Source: Candidatus Scatosoma sp. (GTDB lineage: Bacteria; Bacillota; Clostridia; Christensenellales; Borkfalkiaceae). Taken from it: a DNA stretch of 64,000 nucleotides. This document shows positions 17,700 to 26,713 of the stretch, one piece after another. Positions within the stretch are counted from its first letter, which is position 1, and the number at the start of each line of letters is the position of its first letter. The notes beneath the pieces are model-generated. The model searched no databases and was not told the DNA's origin. It saw only the letters and a program-made list of their open reading frames with translations. A program made the translations under genes and the position numbers. Location: NCBI GenBank assembly GCA_045652965.1, contig JAZOLI010000092.1, positions 3,524 through 67,523 on the forward strand. Direction: 5' to 3'.

Positions 17700-18119
17700 T
17701 TAGAAGGGAATGTCGCTGTCGTCGTCCATTGCTTGCAACACAGGCTTACGCTTGGGCGCGTTTGCTCTGGGTGCTTCGTCCATTTCGTCGAAACCATCAG
17801 CTGTTTTCGGCGTCAAGAATTCAACGTCTTGCACGATGATGTCAACCGCAGTGCGTTTCACACCTTGATTATCTTCATAGTTGCGAAGCTGAACGCTTCC
17901 GGTTACGGCAACTTTATTGCCTTTCTTGGTGTAGCGCGCGATCGTTTCCGCCAAAGAACGCCAAGCCGTGCAGTTGAAGAAATCCGTTTGTCTTTCCCCG
18001 TCTTGTCCAGCATAGTTGCGGTTTACGGCGATTGCAAAGTGGCATACAGCCACGCCCGAAGCCGTTTCCGTGAGCTCGGGATCACGCGTTAAGTTTCCGA
18101 TTAAAAACACTTTGTTCAT
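17700..18119 (-). CDS. ssb: Single-stranded DNA-binding protein
   Basis: MNKVFLIGNLTRDPEL OB-fold N-terminus and acidic tail DDDSDIPF. ATG 18119 is used. Confidence 0.95.
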   Translation of the reverse strand: MNKVFLIGNLTRDPELTETASGVAVCHFAIAVNRNYAGQDGERQTDFFNCTAWRSLAETIARYTKKGNKVAVTGSVQLRNYEDNQGVKRTAVDIIVQDVEFLTPKTADGFDEMDEAPRANAPKRKPVLQAMDDDSDIPF

Positions 18120-18136
18120 ATTTTTCTCCCTACTTA

Positions 18137-18421
18137 TCAATCGAGTTTCGTGATCAAACGACGAACAACGTCCGCGTCGATGCCCGCAACACGTTTCAAC
18201 TCTTCAACAACTTTGCCGTCAGCTTCGAACGTCATAAGCACGTAGTAAGCTTCGTTTTTGAAGTTGATAGGGTATGCGGTTTTCTTTGCGCCCCACTTAT
18301 CCGTGGATACAACGGCACCGCCCATCGTTTTAACGACGTCTTCATACTTCGCAAGCTTCGCTTCCTTTGCTTCATCCGTAAGATCGTTGTTGATCAGATA
18401 GAGCATTTCGTATTTAGCCAT
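18137..18421 (-). CDS. rpsF: 30S ribosomal protein S6
   Basis: MAKYEMLYLINNDL... in a 94-aa protein at the head of the rpsF-ssb-rpsR arrangement. Confidence 0.95.
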   Translation of the reverse strand: MAKYEMLYLINNDLTDEAKEAKLAKYEDVVKTMGGAVVSTDKWGAKKTAYPINFKNEAYYVLMTFEADGKVVEELKRVAGIDADVVRRLITKLD

Positions 18422-18502
18422 ACTTTTTTACCTCCTGGTCTTATTCGGCATACCTTTTCGATATGCAAGGTTTTAAGCGCCTTTTTCAAGCCGCGTAGAA
18501 TC

Positions 18503-18531
18503 ATTATAGACTATTTTGTGTGATTAGTCAA
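18503..18531 (-). promoter_or_regulatory. Sigma-70-type promoter of rpsF-ssb-rpsR, giving a structured leader of about 75 nt
   Basis: On the minus strand: TTGACT, 17-nt spacer, TATAAT. Confidence 0.55.
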
Positions 18532-18574
18532 TCAATTTTGAGCGTTTTTAAAAGAATTTCTTTCTTTTTTTGCG

Positions 18575-20890
18575 TTAGGAGAGTTGGTCAATCACTTCGA
18601 GCATTGCGCCCATGTAAAGCATCAGCTGTTCAACCGTTAAATCGCCGATGTGGTCTTCGTCTGTCAAATCGCCGTCGAGATTATCCACGCGAACGAGCTC
18701 GTCGTCTTGTTTGATCTTGATTTCCGTCACGCCGATTTTTCCAACGATCACTTTGTTGAGCGTTTCGTCGGGAAGGTTTTTAACGATATCGTCAAGTTTG
18801 AGTTCGCGAATGGTTGCCGCGTGTACGTTGTTGGAAAGATAATCCATCATGCCGTCCATTTCCGTGATTGTGTGCTGGTGGTTGATGGTGAACGTGCCGT
18901 CTGCCTTGCGTTCCATGAGCAAATATTTCCAAGTGCCCGTGAGCGCTTTATCCGCTTCTTCGCGCGAGATAATGCCATCGCCATTATAATCCACGCTGTT
19001 GTTGTTGAGGTCCACCATGTACGCACCTTCCACAATCTCGCCGTTTGCATCGATGGGGTTATGGTTGCCGTCTTCACGATAGCTTACGTATTTACCCGTC
19101 GCAGGGTTATACGTTCTATAAAGGAAATGTTCGCCGAACACGTCGTCGATGGAGAGCGAGTTGATTGCATCGGGAAGCGTGTTGATCGTTTCTTCGCCCA
19201 AATGCTTTAAAATTTTATGTCCGTTTACGTCCATCACGTCTTTTAAGCACAATCTACCCGTCAAATTAGAAAGCACTTCCCCGTTTTGCATATCCCCGAT
19301 CGTGGTGGACTCGTAATATAATTTTTCGCCTTGATAGCTTACGTAGAAAAGGGGAGCGTCGTGTTTGGTCGTGGTAGAGCCGTTCGTCACTTCCACTTTT
19401 ATCGTGCCTAATCCTGCGTCCGTGAGATCATAAGTGTTTAAACCGTCGCGATAGCTCGTTGTGCCGTATGCCGTTGCGTTTTTAATCAGTTCGCCATATT
19501 CGTTATACACTTTTCCGTTATACACCGCCACCCGCTTTTGCAAGTGAAAGATTTGGTGGGTGACAGGGTCGATAGAATAGTGCACGTTTTCCCTGCCGAA
19601 GAGCAGATACATAATGATGCTGTCGTCGGCGTCGGCGGGTATGATGCTAGAGAGAGCAACGCCGTTGATCAGCTCGTTGCCTTGTTCGCGAAGATGCTTT
19701 ATCGTGCGTTTTTCGCCGTTTTCATCGTATACGATGGATTTTAAAATGGCGTGGGAATTTTCGTTCACGTTCAAAGCCGCTTCGAGCGTGATAGAGTTGA
19801 TCAAATCGTTTGCGTTGCCTTTCAAATCCCCAATCGTCGTTTTCTTATAGCGGATAATTTGCTTATCTTCATCGGCGGAGAAAGCATAATATTTTCCGTC
19901 TTTTCCAAGCTCTACGATTTGCTGAGTGCCACTTTTAAAGGTCAAAAGATAAGCGTCGTTTTGTTCGGAAAGGGCGGTCACTTTCGAAAGAGAAAGGTTT
20001 TCGCCTTTGTCGTTGTAGAAATTAACGCCATCGTAGGTATAGAAAACTTGGTTCATTTCCACGTCGTCTTCTGCTATCGTGTAGCGGTGTTCCGCGCCGT
20101 AGAACAAGGTGCGCATAATCTCGTCGCTAGGGGTGCCCATCACGGCATCCAAGGGCAATTTTTCAATGCGCTTATCCAGCTCTTTGCTCATAAATCCGCC
20201 AATCGTGAGCGCCACGCTGTTGCCGAGCATAACGTATTCTCCGTCAACGATTTCATAATCAATCCCTTCAATGCCATAGCAAAGCGTGGTGATCATGGGG
20301 CTTCCTTCAAAGCCAACAGAATCAATGAGTTTTGCAAAGGGGATTTCGTTGATTTTTAAAAGCAAAAAGTCGCTTAAATAGCGATCGTCGTAATCCTTCG
20401 TTTCCACTGTTTTGTTGACGATTTTGCTCATCAATTCTTCGGCGGTGGTTTCAATGCCGTAGCCTTTGAGCAAATCCAAAACGCTGCCTTCCTTTTCAAG
20501 CAACGTTTTGACAAACGGGGAAATTTCGTTCAGATCGCCGAGCGTACCCTTGCCGTCTTTCACGTTGGTTGCCGTGTCGGCAATCGTTTTGATTAAATCC
20601 ACGAGCGTTTTTTCACTGCTACTATCCGAAAGGTAATCGGAAAGGGGGATTTCAAAGCCCGAAAGATTGGTGACGGTGCTTGCTACGTCCTTGATTTGCA
20701 TTTTCGTAGCCACGTAGTAGCCTGCGCCGACCACTCCGCCTGCCCCTGCAGCAACACCTATCACGATACCGAGAAAAAGCGCAACGATTTTGCCAAGCCA
20801 GCCGCTTTTGGTCTTTACCCTTTCTCGCACGTTTTTGGCTTCGACGGCGGTTACGTCGTCGTATTCATAATCTTTTTCTATGCGTGCCAT
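18575..20890 (-). CDS. Large N-terminally membrane-anchored hypothetical protein (771 aa)
   Basis: One TM helix with a Gly-rich stretch (IVALFLGIVIGVAAGAGGVVGAGYYV), then about 700 aa with no motif I recognise. Confidence 0.6.
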   Translation of the reverse strand: MARIEKDYEYDDVTAVEAKNVRERVKTKSGWLGKIVALFLGIVIGVAAGAGGVVGAGYYVATKMQIKDVASTVTNLSGFEIPLSDYLSDSSSEKTLVDLIKTIADTATNVKDGKGTLGDLNEISPFVKTLLEKEGSVLDLLKGYGIETTAEELMSKIVNKTVETKDYDDRYLSDFLLLKINEIPFAKLIDSVGFEGSPMITTLCYGIEGIDYEIVDGEYVMLGNSVALTIGGFMSKELDKRIEKLPLDAVMGTPSDEIMRTLFYGAEHRYTIAEDDVEMNQVFYTYDGVNFYNDKGENLSLSKVTALSEQNDAYLLTFKSGTQQIVELGKDGKYYAFSADEDKQIIRYKKTTIGDLKGNANDLINSITLEAALNVNENSHAILKSIVYDENGEKRTIKHLREQGNELINGVALSSIIPADADDSIIMYLLFGRENVHYSIDPVTHQIFHLQKRVAVYNGKVYNEYGELIKNATAYGTTSYRDGLNTYDLTDAGLGTIKVEVTNGSTTTKHDAPLFYVSYQGEKLYYESTTIGDMQNGEVLSNLTGRLCLKDVMDVNGHKILKHLGEETINTLPDAINSLSIDDVFGEHFLYRTYNPATGKYVSYREDGNHNPIDANGEIVEGAYMVDLNNNSVDYNGDGIISREEADKALTGTWKYLLMERKADGTFTINHQHTITEMDGMMDYLSNNVHAATIRELKLDDIVKNLPDETLNKVIVGKIGVTEIKIKQDDELVRVDNLDGDLTDEDHIGDLTVEQLMLYMGAMLEVIDQLS

Positions 20891-20915
20891 GATTTGCGTA
20901 TACTCCTGAATAAAA

Positions 20916-21455
20916 TTAAAGGAAAATGGGGATTTGCGCGAGGAAGATCACGTCTTTTCTGTTCGCCGCTTCGTCTTCTGCGAGCACGAACGCCTTTTTA
21001 TGTACCGTGCCGCCTGCCTTTTCTACAAGCGCTTCCAAGCCTTTGAGCGATGCGCCCGTCGATACAACGTCGTCCACGATCCCAACTTTTTTGCCTTTCA
21101 AAAGATCGGCGTCGTGCTTGGAAAGATAGAACGTTTGCGCTTTGCCTGTTGTGATCGAAGATTCGATGGTGAGCTCAATGCCGTCTTGCATATATAATTT
21201 TTTGCTTTTTCTTGCTACCGCATAATAGCGCATGCCAAGCTCGCGCGCAACGCAGTGCGTAAGTTGTAAGCCTTTCGATTCGGCGGTTAAAAGCACATCG
21301 CAATCGGTGAGCTGCTCGGCAAGTTTTTTGCCGCAATGCTCGGTGAGCGCGCTGTCGCCGTGCAAATTGAAAAATGCAATCGAAATCCCGCTCGGAAGCG
21401 GAAGAATAGGCAAGTTTGCTTCAAAGCCTTTTATGTCGATGGTATGATATTTCAT
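20916..21455 (-). CDS. Phosphoribosyltransferase-family protein (purine/adenine PRT-like)
   Basis: PRPP-binding motif KKVGIVDDVVSTGASL. RBS AAGGAGTG lies upstream of ATG 21455. Confidence 0.7.
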   Translation of the reverse strand: MKYHTIDIKGFEANLPILPLPSGISIAFFNLHGDSALTEHCGKKLAEQLTDCDVLLTAESKGLQLTHCVARELGMRYYAVARKSKKLYMQDGIELTIESSITTGKAQTFYLSKHDADLLKGKKVGIVDDVVSTGASLKGLEALVEKAGGTVHKKAFVLAEDEAANRKDVIFLAQIPIFL

Positions 21456-21468
21456 AACGATACACTCC

Positions 21469-21486
21469 TTTGGGGAATTCCCCAAA
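21469..21486. promoter_or_regulatory. Perfect 18-bp palindrome TTTGGGGAATTCCCCAAA at the predicted 5' end of the PRT mRNA, abutting its RBS
   Basis: Read directly from the sequence. It lies 4 nt downstream of the predicted -10 (21491-21496, minus strand), and its last bases run into the SD AAGGAG. Confidence 0.5.
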
Positions 21487-21490
21487 ATCT

Positions 21491-21519
21491 ATTATATCAC
21501 ATTTTTTTTAAAATGTAAA
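21491..21519 (-). promoter_or_regulatory. Sigma-70-type promoter of the PRT gene
   Basis: On the minus strand: TTTACA, 17-nt spacer, TATAAT. Confidence 0.5.
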
Positions 21520-21551
21520 CGGATTGAAAAGAAATTTCGGCATTTTCTAAC

Positions 21552-21881
21552 ATGGTTTTATTTGCATATTTCTTTTGCGCGAGCGCATATATTGATTATA
21601 TGTTAAAGGCGGAGCATAGAAAAATTTATCGGGTGCAGGCAGGGCAAACGCTGAAAGAGATCGCTTGCTTTTTTGGCGTGTCGGAATTTTTGCTTGCAAA
21701 ATGCAACCATTTAAACGCACCGCCGAAAGCAGGGCAAATTCTTTTTATCCCCAACGAACGTGGGAACGCCTACGTCGTCAAGGCAGGGGATACCAAAGCC
21801 TTGCTTTGCGGCAGCGTTGAAAATTTTGAGCGCAAAAACGGAACGGATATTTTATACCTTGGTATGCGCGTGATTTTGTAG
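21552..21881 (+). CDS. LysM-domain protein (small, hydrophobic N-terminus)
   Basis: YRVQAGQTLKEIACFFGVSEFLLAKCNHL is a LysM pattern, and a second degenerate LysM-like stretch reads YVVKAGDTKALL. Confidence 0.6.
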   Translation: MVLFAYFFCASAYIDYMLKAEHRKIYRVQAGQTLKEIACFFGVSEFLLAKCNHLNAPPKAGQILFIPNERGNAYVVKAGDTKALLCGSVENFERKNGTDILYLGMRVIL

Positions 21882-21943
21882 AACACTTTCGTTCGTCGCG
21901 CCATATAATGTAATAAGTAATTACGACAATTAGGAGGTATACT

Positions 21944-22609
21944 ATGTCCTTTTATTCCAACTTTCAATCGGATAAATGCCCCTGCCAAATCACGGGGAAT
22001 CCGATCAATGGTTTGACGGAGAAAGTGTGTATCCAAGCGGAAAAGATTTTCGATGCGGCAATTAAGCAAACGCAGCTGGAAAATTATTCGCTCACGCTCA
22101 CCGATCTTTGCCCTGCCAACCCTACATATCCTTTAACTTTCATTAGCGCGCGCTCGACGACCGCCGAAGCCACCGTCACCAACTTAAACGTTGATCGCCA
22201 AGCGGATAAACATTGCGCAAGAGTGCAAGCCACCCTTTCCGTGCCTTTGGAAGTGCTTTACACCGACGCCAACGGTGTGGAAGGTAGCGCAACGGCGATC
22301 GTTTCCATCAATCAAGACGTACTCTTATACGTGCCTGCGCCGTCGATTATGCCTTTTACCGTGCAAGCGGTAGTAAGCGCCGTCGTGCCCGAAGGTACGT
22401 TCAATCCCGAAACGGGTGGTTTTACCGTAACCGTTTGCGTGACGGTTATCTTGAAAATCGCTATGTCCGTGGAAATTTTAATTCCCACCTACGGCTATTG
22501 CGCGATTCCGCCTGCGCAGGATTATTCGCAAGAGATTTGCGCGGGGTTCTTCGAACTGCCCTTGTATCCCCAAGGGAGAAATGGTTGCCCAACGGGCGGG
22601 TGTAAATAA
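21944..22609 (+). CDS. Hypothetical Cys-containing beta-rich protein (221 aa)
   Basis: Strong RBS AGGAGG lies upstream. No motif is recognised with confidence. Confidence 0.55.
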   Translation: MSFYSNFQSDKCPCQITGNPINGLTEKVCIQAEKIFDAAIKQTQLENYSLTLTDLCPANPTYPLTFISARSTTAEATVTNLNVDRQADKHCARVQATLSVPLEVLYTDANGVEGSATAIVSINQDVLLYVPAPSIMPFTVQAVVSAVVPEGTFNPETGGFTVTVCVTVILKIAMSVEILIPTYGYCAIPPAQDYSQEICAGFFELPLYPQGRNGCPTGGCK

Positions 22610-22683
22610 GTGAAATGAAAGCAAAGCGTTCGTGAATTGAAATGCGTTCGTGTTTCGTTATAGGAATATTTAAAAAAATTTTT

Positions 22684-22716
22684 GCGCCCTGCGTGAGTAG
22701 GGCGCTTGCTTTTTTA
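22684..22716 (+). terminator. Intrinsic terminator after the 21944-22609 gene
   Basis: Stem gcgccct / agggcgc followed by ttgctttttt. Confidence 0.55.
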
Positions 22717-22734
22717 TAAAAAAAGCGCTATAAT
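22706..22734 (+). promoter_or_regulatory. Promoter of the metallophosphoesterase gene; the ATG lies 6 nt after the -10 (leaderless)
   Basis: TTGCTT (22706-22711), 17-nt spacer, TATAAT (22729-22734), ATG at 22741. Confidence 0.5.
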
Positions 22735-22740
22735 AAGGAC

Positions 22741-23436
22741 ATGAACGTTTATGCGATTAGCGATTTGCACCTTTCCACCACCGCGGACAAGCCCATGGAT
22801 ATCTTCGGCGGAAATTGGGAAGGGCATTTCGAGAAAATTAAATCCGATTGGCTTTCAAGCGTAAATGAGGACGACGTGGTGCTCATTTGCGGCGATATCA
22901 GTTGGGCGATGAAGATGGAAGAGGCACTAATCGACTTAAATTCGCTTGCCGATTTGCCGGGGAAAAAGGTGTTCGTTCGCGGCAATCACGATTATTGGTG
23001 GAACGGCATTACGCGGCTTCGCGATAGCGCACCCAACGATAGCTTTATCTTTTTGCAAACCGATTCGATTAAAATCGGCAATTTTATCTTCGTTGGCTCG
23101 CGCGGTTGGACGTGTCCCGGTAGCCCCGATTTCACCGAGCAGGACCAAAAGCTTTATCTTCGCGAAGCGGAGCGTTTTCGCCTTGCCTTTTTGTCGGCGG
23201 ATAAGCTTTTTGAAGAGGGGGATGAAAAGATCGCGCTCATGCACTATCCGCCATTTTCGCTTAAAAACGAGAATACTCTTTTCACCGAAACGTTTGAGAA
23301 AAACGGCGTGAAAAAGGCGGTGTTTGGGCATATTCACGGCGCGGCGTATTTTCCTTTGAAAACGAACAAGAACGGGATTGATTATATTCTCACTTCTTGT
23401 GATAAAACGGCTTTTAAATTGATAAAAATTGTTTAA
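22741..23436 (+). CDS. Metallophosphoesterase
   Basis: Motifs SDLHLS, CGDISWA, GNHDYWW, and GHIHG near the C-terminus. Confidence 0.8.
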   Translation: MNVYAISDLHLSTTADKPMDIFGGNWEGHFEKIKSDWLSSVNEDDVVLICGDISWAMKMEEALIDLNSLADLPGKKVFVRGNHDYWWNGITRLRDSAPNDSFIFLQTDSIKIGNFIFVGSRGWTCPGSPDFTEQDQKLYLREAERFRLAFLSADKLFEEGDEKIALMHYPPFSLKNENTLFTETFEKNGVKKAVFGHIHGAAYFPLKTNKNGIDYILTSCDKTAFKLIKIV

Positions 23437-23484
23437 AATTTCTGCTTGCGGGCGGAAATTTTTTTATAGGCGCATTTTTCTTCT

Positions 23485-23512
23485 TTACAAGATAGAAAAA
23501 AGATGTTATAAT
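23485..23512 (+). promoter_or_regulatory. Sigma-70-type promoter of the pyr operon
   Basis: TTACAA (23485-23490), 16-nt spacer, TGt-TATAAT (23507-23512). Confidence 0.55.
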
Positions 23513-23552
23513 TATAAGGATAGCTTGTTAAAGCTACACGGGAGAAAGATTT

Positions 23553-24482
23553 ATGCTCAAAAGAAAAGATTTGCTCGGCTTGATCGACACGACTGCTGAG
23601 GAATTAACGGAAATCCTTGACGTTGCCGCAGAGATGAAACAGCGGCTCAAAGTCGGGGATAAAAATTTGTCCTATCTCAAAGGCAAAACGGCAACCATTC
23701 TCTTCTACGAGAACAGCACGAGAACGAGAACGAGCTTTGAGCTTGCCGCGAAATATTTAGGCGCAACGGTGATCAATATCGCCGCTGGCAGTTCGTCGGT
23801 GGCAAAGGGCGAAACGCTCGTCGATACGGGTAAAACGCTCGATGCGCAGCTCAACGATTTCTTGATCATGCGTCATCCCATGGGCGGTGCGCCTTATCTT
23901 CTTGCCAAAGTGGCAAAGGCAGGCGTGCTCAACGCAGGCGACGGCATGAACGAACACCCCACGCAAGCACTTCTCGATATGCTTACCATGCGTGAAACGT
24001 TTGGAAAGCTCGAAGGCTTGAAAGTGGCGATCGTGGGCGACATCAAACACTCGCGCGTGGCGAAATCCAATTTATTCGGTTTGAAAACGATGGGGGCGGA
24101 AGTTTGCATGTATGCACCCGAAACGCTTATCCCTAAGGGCATAGACAAGCTCGGTGCAAAACTTTGCAAATCGAAGGAAGAAGCACTCGACGGGGCAGAC
24201 GTTGTCATGGGGTTGAGAATTCAACTCGAACGCCAACAGGCAGGCAACTTCCCTTCGCTGAACGAATACGCCGCCTTTTACGGCGTAGATGCAAAATCGC
24301 TTAAATATGCTAAACCCAACGCGATCGTAATGCACCCTGGCCCTGTGAACCGCGGCGTGGAGCTTACGGGCAAGGTGATCGATCACGAAAAGAGCCGCAT
24401 TGAAGAGCAGGTGTTTTCGGGGATTGCCGTGCGTATGGCGGTGCTCAAACTTTTAAACGATTATAGAGAATATACGAAATAA
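23553..24482 (+). CDS. pyrB: Aspartate carbamoyltransferase catalytic subunit
   Basis: FYENSTRTRTSFE and HPTQALLD motifs in a 309-aa protein. Confidence 0.95.
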   Translation: MLKRKDLLGLIDTTAEELTEILDVAAEMKQRLKVGDKNLSYLKGKTATILFYENSTRTRTSFELAAKYLGATVINIAAGSSSVAKGETLVDTGKTLDAQLNDFLIMRHPMGGAPYLLAKVAKAGVLNAGDGMNEHPTQALLDMLTMRETFGKLEGLKVAIVGDIKHSRVAKSNLFGLKTMGAEVCMYAPETLIPKGIDKLGAKLCKSKEEALDGADVVMGLRIQLERQQAGNFPSLNEYAAFYGVDAKSLKYAKPNAIVMHPGPVNRGVELTGKVIDHEKSRIEEQVFSGIAVRMAVLKLLNDYREYTK

Positions 24483-24493
24483 GGAGAAGAGAT

Positions 24494-25786
24494 ATGATTA
24501 TCGGAAAAATCAGAAAAAAAGGCACGATTATTAGAAACGGTAATTTGGTTTTGCAAGATAAAGTGGTGAAAGGCGATATTCTTATCGAAAACGGAATGAT
24601 CGCTTCCATTGAGGAGAATATTCCTGCAAACGGCGAAAAAGAAATTGATGCGGCTGGAAAATTCGTCTTCCCCGGGCTTATCGATATGCACGTACATTTG
24701 CGCGAACCGGGCTATGAATATAAAGAAGATATCGAAAGCGGCACAAAGGCGGCGGTGAAAGGTGGGTTTACGCAAATTTGCTGTATGCCCAACACCGATC
24801 CCATTGCCGATAACAAAGTGGTGGTGAGCTATATCAAACAACGCGCAGCGGAAGTGGGGGTTTGTAAAGTGCATCCCATCGGCGCGATCACCAAAGGTGA
24901 AAAGGGCGAACAACTTGCGCAAATTGGCGAAATGAAAAAGGCGGGCGCGGTGGCAATTTCCGACGACGGCGTGAGCGTGAACAGCTCTCGTCTTATGCGC
25001 CTTGCTATGGAATATGCAAGCGGTTTCGACATCAAATGTCTTTGCCATTGCGAAGACAAAGAACTTGTCGACGGCGGCGTGGTGAACGAAGGGTTAAATT
25101 CCACGATCGCAGGCTTAAAAGGTATCCCCAGAGCGGCGGAAGACATCATGATTGCGCGCGATCTCGCGCTTGCGGAAAGCTTGGACGTGCCCGTGCACAT
25201 TTGTCACGTTTCCACCCATAGTGGCGTGCGCTTAATCCGCGATGCGAAAAAAGCAGGCGTGAAAGTGACGGCGGAAACTTGCCCGCATTATTACGCGGTG
25301 ACCGACGACGTGATCACGGGCTTTGATACGAACACGAAAGTAAATCCCCCCATTCGTGAAGAAATGGATAGACAGGCGATTTTGGCAGGCTTGAAAGACG
25401 GCACGCTCGATTGTATCGTGACCGATCACGCTCCCCACCATATCAACGATAAAAACGTGGAATATAACCTTGCGGCGTTTGGCATCAGCGGCATTGAAAC
25501 GTCGTTTGGGTTTGCTATCACCTATCTTTATAAAACGGGCGCGTTGACCTTGCCCGAAATTGCGGAAAAAATGTCCGCCGCACCTGCTCGTATCTTGGGC
25601 TTGCAAGGCGGTAAAATTGCAGTGGGCGAAGTTGCCGATCTTATGATTGCGGATCTTAACGAAAAGTGGATCGTCGATCCTAAAAACTTCGTGTCCAAAG
25701 GCAAGAACAATCCGATCGGCGGTTATGAACTCTATGGCGCGGTAAAATACACGATTGTAGACGGCGAAGTGAAGTATCAAGCGTAA
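24494..25786 (+). CDS. pyrC: Dihydroorotase
   Basis: PGLIDMHVHLREPG motif and DHAPH motif in a 430-aa protein. Confidence 0.95.
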   Translation: MIIGKIRKKGTIIRNGNLVLQDKVVKGDILIENGMIASIEENIPANGEKEIDAAGKFVFPGLIDMHVHLREPGYEYKEDIESGTKAAVKGGFTQICCMPNTDPIADNKVVVSYIKQRAAEVGVCKVHPIGAITKGEKGEQLAQIGEMKKAGAVAISDDGVSVNSSRLMRLAMEYASGFDIKCLCHCEDKELVDGGVVNEGLNSTIAGLKGIPRAAEDIMIARDLALAESLDVPVHICHVSTHSGVRLIRDAKKAGVKVTAETCPHYYAVTDDVITGFDTNTKVNPPIREEMDRQAILAGLKDGTLDCIVTDHAPHHINDKNVEYNLAAFGISGIETSFGFAITYLYKTGALTLPEIAEKMSAAPARILGLQGGKIAVGEVADLMIADLNEKWIVDPKNFVSKGKNNPIGGYELYGAVKYTIVDGEVKYQA

Positions 25787-25804
25787 AATATCAGGAGAAT
25801 TAAA

Positions 25805-26713
25805 ATGATTACGGATAAACTTATAGAAAAAATTATCGATTTACAAAACCCCACGTGCGTGGGCTTGGATACGCTCTTTGATTATTTGCCCGACGATATG
25901 AAAGCGGGGGTAAACTCGTTTGAGGGCGTTGCGGAACGCGTGTTCGATTTTAACAAGAAATTGATTGATACGCTCTACGACGTTGTTCCCTCGGTGAAAG
26001 TGCAAATCGCTTATTATGAAATGTACGGCGTGGCAGGCATGAAAGCTTATGAAGAAACGCTTAAATACGCAGCGGAAAAAGATCTTGTCGTGATTGCCGA
26101 CGCAAAGCGCAACGATATCGGCTCGACGGCGGCTTGTTATGCAAAAACGTTCCTTGGCGAAACGGACGTGAACGGCATCAAAAAACAAGCGTTTCCTGCC
26201 GATTACGTGACAGTGAACGGTTATTTGGGCACGGACGGCATCAAACCGTTCGTAGACGAATGTGAAAGCAAGGACAAGGGCATTTTCGTGCTCGTGAAAA
26301 CGTCCAACCCCTCGGGTGCGGAAATCCAAAACCAAGTGCTTGAAAACGGTGTGCCTATGTATGAATATATGGGCGGACTCGTAGAAAAATGGGGCGAAAG
26401 CACCATCGGAGAATATGGCTATTCGGCGGTGGGTGCGGTGGTTGGCGCAACCCATCCCACGGAAGCGGCAAGGCTTAGAAAGGTGCTTCCCCACACCTTT
26501 TTCTTGATCCCCGGCTACGGCGCGCAAGGGGGCAACGCGGAAATGCTTAAAAGCTGCTTCGGCGCAAACGGGCTCGGTGGCGTCGTCAACAATTCTCGCG
26601 GCATTTTGTGCGCGTATAAAAAGCTTGGCGGCACGTTCTACGAAGCGGCGCGCGCGGCTACGGTGGCTATGCAAAAAGATTTATCAAGCGTAATCGGGGT
26701 TATGAAAAAATAA
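25805..26713 (+). CDS. pyrF: Orotidine-5'-phosphate decarboxylase (long, type-2 form)
   Basis: VGLD..., VIADAKRNDIGST and LIPGYGAQGG blocks in a 302-aa protein. Its stop overlaps the pyrK start (TAATG). Confidence 0.85.
   Translation: MITDKLIEKIIDLQNPTCVGLDTLFDYLPDDMKAGVNSFEGVAERVFDFNKKLIDTLYDVVPSVKVQIAYYEMYGVAGMKAYEETLKYAAEKDLVVIADAKRNDIGSTAACYAKTFLGETDVNGIKKQAFPADYVTVNGYLGTDGIKPFVDECESKDKGIFVLVKTSNPSGAEIQNQVLENGVPMYEYMGGLVEKWGESTIGEYGYSAVGAVVGATHPTEAARLRKVLPHTFFLIPGYGAQGGNAEMLKSCFGANGLGGVVNNSRGILCAYKKLGGTFYEAARAATVAMQKDLSSVIGVMKK

Noticed and set aside
23437-23552. Looked for a PyrR-binding attenuator upstream of pyrB, and for pyrR and carAB in the operon.
   Set aside because: There is no PyrR binding-loop-like hairpin or terminator/antiterminator between the promoter and pyrB, and no pyrR or carAB in the window. 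The operon otherwise looks ordinary, so this is not reported as a finding.
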